Assembly (NCBI GenBank): GCA_002633005.1
Contig: NMRA01000701.1
Coordinates: 131,583-195,582, forward strand
DNA length: 64,000 bases
Reading direction: 5' to 3'
Origin: Phoronis australis
Taxonomy: Eukaryota > Animalia > Phoronida
Position 1 is the first letter of the stretch, and the number at the start of each line of letters is the position of its first letter. Position numbers and translations under genes: made by a program. The notes below the pieces were generated by a model that was not told the origin of the DNA, searched no databases, and saw nothing but the letters and a program-made list of their open reading frames with translations. This document shows, one piece after another, positions 61,901 through 64,000 of the stretch.

Positions 61901-63199
61901 CAAGATGAAACAATGTATGACACAGGTGTTTTTGTGAATTAATAGAAAGATGGTTTTAACCACTTTTCTATTAATTAAAAGACACAAAAACATGATATGC
62001 AATTCAGGGACAACCAACCTAAAATAGCTGGTGCAAAAACAATTTCATTGATGAACTATGATTTACAAAATATAGCATGGAACATACTGGCAGGTCCTCC
62101 AACTTGGTCCATAAGACCATGTAGGTCAATCAATAGCCCCATTTTTCTAAAAACATGGATGTCCCCATATTTCAGATTTGTTCAAGGTCACCATGAACAT
62201 TATGTATATCACATCGAAATGTTTGAGACTTGTTGGCTTGATAACGTTTAAGGGTAACTTTGTGGAGGACAGTCGAGTTCTTACTTCTTTCTTTTTCTGA
62301 CATTAGCTTCAGAATTCGAATTTAGATCCCTTTAGTCCCTAGAAATTGCAGCAAATCATCAGGAAATCTACCCAATCACTGGTTTCTTGTAGTTAGACAA
62401 ATTGCTTCTGTACATCAATCAAGCAAAAAACTGGTGACCTGGTCTGCCCTTGATCAAAGTTGATTTAAGCTCCTGTTGTGCTTTACAGGGCAATTATAGT
62501 ATCATTGATTCTTCAAGACAATAAACTATTGGCTGAAATGAATTGACACGTCAACAACAAAAACAGGTAATTTCAAACGACGTGTTAATTTGGTTTCAAT
62601 CCTTCTTCGGTGGAAGAAATGTGATAAAAATTTTCCAGGACGCTGACATGAGTTTTCATTTTTTACATCAGTTTTGAATCAATGCGTGTTTACATGAAGA
62701 AATTCATTCAGCATGACATTGGTGTCTGCGATGTGACATTGAACAATAGTCTGAGCATTAGATGATGAACACAAGCCAGATTGATGTCTGACCTCTGAAG
62801 TCACCGTGTCGTCAGACTATAAACAGGAGTAAGTTGTAATGAATGACAGACTAGTAGAGGCTCTTTTGCCTATTCCAGGAGCTGTATAGCTGGTTTTGAA
62901 TTGTCGCCGTCGGTTACAACCTCCACTCCCCATCTAAGTGTACCATAAAGGAGGATTCCACAGTAAAGGCACCTGGTAGTCTTGACACTGCATATGAAGA
63001 TGAATCATTCAGACTAATAATATGATAAATCCAGAACTGTCTGGACCCGTATTTTACATTGCAACAAACTTTCCTTGTTCACTATATTGGCACCAATCAC
63101 AACTGAACTTACCTTGAAGTTGGAACAAACTGTAGAGTATTCGGCATAGTTCTGTCCCCTGTTGCCCGCTCCTACAACAACTGCTGTTACAGGTTCCAT
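46833..63199 (-). CDS. Gfo/Idh/MocA family oxidoreductase (YteT-like), paralog 3, 421 aa (most distant from the other two)
   Basis: Exons 63199-63113, 61372-61214, 60770-60711, 59215-59051, 58836-58651, 55090-54998 (or its allelic copy 51423-51331), 49471-49337, 48847-48746, 48348-48187, 46949-46833. Motifs: GAGNRG, EKPMA, KSCHDID, GHGGSD. Confidence 0.92.
47783..48040. repeat. Tandem repeat, ~99-bp unit x ~2.6
   Basis: atcacacc...ttgtcaccaa..acaa recurs at 47783, 47881 and 47981. Confidence 0.75.
48187..48348 (-). CDS. Oxidoreductase paralog 3 exon 9
   Basis: GELQCSFDSD...GHGGSDFHLMKSFVDAVQ|gtgagt. Confidence 0.9.
48746..48847 (-). CDS. Oxidoreductase paralog 3 exon 8
   Basis: [34 protein letters not shown]. 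Confidence 0.9.
49337..49471 (-). CDS. Oxidoreductase paralog 3 exon 7
   Basis: GHTGWPVSV...[18 protein letters not shown]. Confidence 0.9.
50029..50865 (-). mobile_element. HINE-like element, same family, spanning the N gap; absent from the other haplotype
   Basis: Subterminal inverted repeats ATGCGCCCAC / GTGGGCGCAT and the hairpin AACGCagaGCGTT. Inserted in an A-run; the empty site is at ~54520-54535. Confidence 0.82.
51331..51423 (-). CDS. Oxidoreductase paralog 3 exon 6 (haplotype A copy)
   Basis: [31 protein letters not shown]|gtgagt; two amino-acid differences from the other copy. Confidence 0.82.
53548..54040. mobile_element. Left part of a P-like TIR element (TIR CAGGAAGAGATAAC; TSD up to 7 bp, GTAACAC); its right end is at 57700-57713
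   Basis: gtaacac|caggaagagataac ... n ... gttatctcttcctg|gtaacac. The empty site is at ~57209-57225. Confidence 0.72.
54042..57698. other. Alternate-haplotype contig duplicating 49530-53547 and 57721-58205 (probable assembly artefact)
   Basis: Bounded by single n characters at 54041 and 57699, and lodged between the two ends of one TIR element. Confidence 0.8.
54998..55090 (-). CDS. Oxidoreductase paralog 3 exon 6 (haplotype B copy)
   Basis: [31 protein letters not shown]|gtgagt. Confidence 0.82.
58651..58836 (-). CDS. Oxidoreductase paralog 3 exon 5
   Basis: [16 protein letters not shown]...KSCHDID...FTEENK. Confidence 0.9.
59051..59215 (-). CDS. Oxidoreductase paralog 3 exon 4
   Basis: TTAEDCKEI...CHVLRY...IQLLEP|gtaagt. 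Confidence 0.9.
59269..59773. mobile_element. hAT-like MITE (TIR CAGGGCTTGGAAT, 6-bp TSD AGAAAT)
   Basis: agaaat|cagggcttggaat...attccaagccctg|agaaat, with subterminal GCGGAAA repeats. Confidence 0.82.
59820..60720. other. ~450-bp tandem duplication across a single n (60269); probable unmerged contig overlap
   Basis: Two near-identical copies; the left copy ends inside exon 3 at the n. Confidence 0.8.
60711..60770 (-). CDS. Oxidoreductase paralog 3 exon 3
   Basis: [20 protein letters not shown]|gtgagt. Confidence 0.9.
61214..61372 (-). CDS. Oxidoreductase paralog 3 exon 2
   Basis: VVGVAEPQRL...AIIATPDQLHK. Confidence 0.9.
63113..63199 (-). CDS. Oxidoreductase paralog 3 exon 1
   Basis: MEPVTAVVVGAGNRGQNYAEYSTVCSNFK|gtaagt. 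Confidence 0.9.
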
Positions 63200-64000
63200 T
63201 TTCGAATTGCTTGGTCAGTCATACATTAGGTCTAAGCACTTGCCATCAGTCATCAGGGTCATTCAAACAGGAAATTGATGATTCTTGAATTAAAAATTCA
63301 GAGTCACACGTTGTGCGAAACCTCAGCCCTCATGAGGCACTCATCAGCTGCTCGACTTACACTTATACGCTTTTGCCGAGAGTGTCAAGCCTCTGATGAT
63401 GCATCATACATGGGCCCATGCCTGTGCTTTCCAAGGCAATTACACAAACTATCTATGCCTACAATTTACATCGCCCTGTATGTACCTAACCAGCTAACCG
63501 ACCAACCAACCGAGGGCCGTGAACGTGTTGCCTAGTCATCCCCCAGAATATATTATTGGGGACGATCAGATCTTACAGATGCCTGTATCGGGTTAGACAA
63601 TGACCACCGATCGTCTGTGCTAGCACAGCCAGCACAGCGCTGGCCACAGGCGATGAACAGTGTCTAGTTATGTGATCGTGTGTGTGTAAGTCGCATACAA
63701 CTAACATGCTGGTCTTTTTCACAGACTCCTGTACACATACAGTACGTGTACGTACATGTATAGCTCTCTCGTGGGTTATGGCGTACCTATTGACCACCGT
63801 CTCTTAGCTGCCTCACAGTGATAGAGACGGTGGTCACTGTCTATACCACCATAGATTATAGTCTATGATACCACCCAGGATTACTCACTTGATCAGCGCA
63901 CAGCATGGCGAACCTTGACCACAAGGGTAATAGTCGGATAAGTTGGTCCCATTTCAAATTCTGTCAGGAATACTTAAAAAATAAAATGAAGTGTCGCAAT

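Noticed and set aside
14263-63199. Recent horizontal transfer or bacterial contamination of the YteT-like genes
   Set aside because: The genes have nine canonical spliceosomal introns filled with host transposons. Any bacterial origin would be ancient and cannot be judged without a phylogeny.

Overview
Intron-rich eukaryotic DNA, probably from a heterozygous marine invertebrate (inferred from the gene families, transposon types and allelic contig duplications). I assembled four spliced minus-strand genes by hand from GT-AG junctions. One is a 4-exon, ~344-aa membrane-anchored JmjC/cupin-like 2-oxoglutarate oxygenase (10098..5019). The other three are tandem, apparently intact 10-exon paralogs of a YteT-like Gfo/Idh/MocA NAD(P)-dependent oxidoreductase (22669..14263, 43143..27095, 63199..46833). 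Introns and spacers are dense with non-autonomous DNA transposons: Helentron/HINE-like, Tc1/mariner, hAT-like with 5- or 6-bp target duplications, Harbinger-like, P-like and THAP remnants. The most unusual structure is a 2.6-kb composite element (35095..37730). It is bounded by two units of a 70-bp MITE, has a perfect 5-bp target duplication, and carries an intact, intronless 245-aa orphan ORF. Also notable are a ~14-unit, ~110-bp tandem array of CTCF-like motifs between two paralogs and a Penelope-type minimal hammerhead motif. The apparent duplication of exon 6 in paralog 3 is best explained as two haplotypes assembled in tandem. No database searches were run; family calls rest on motifs recognised by eye.
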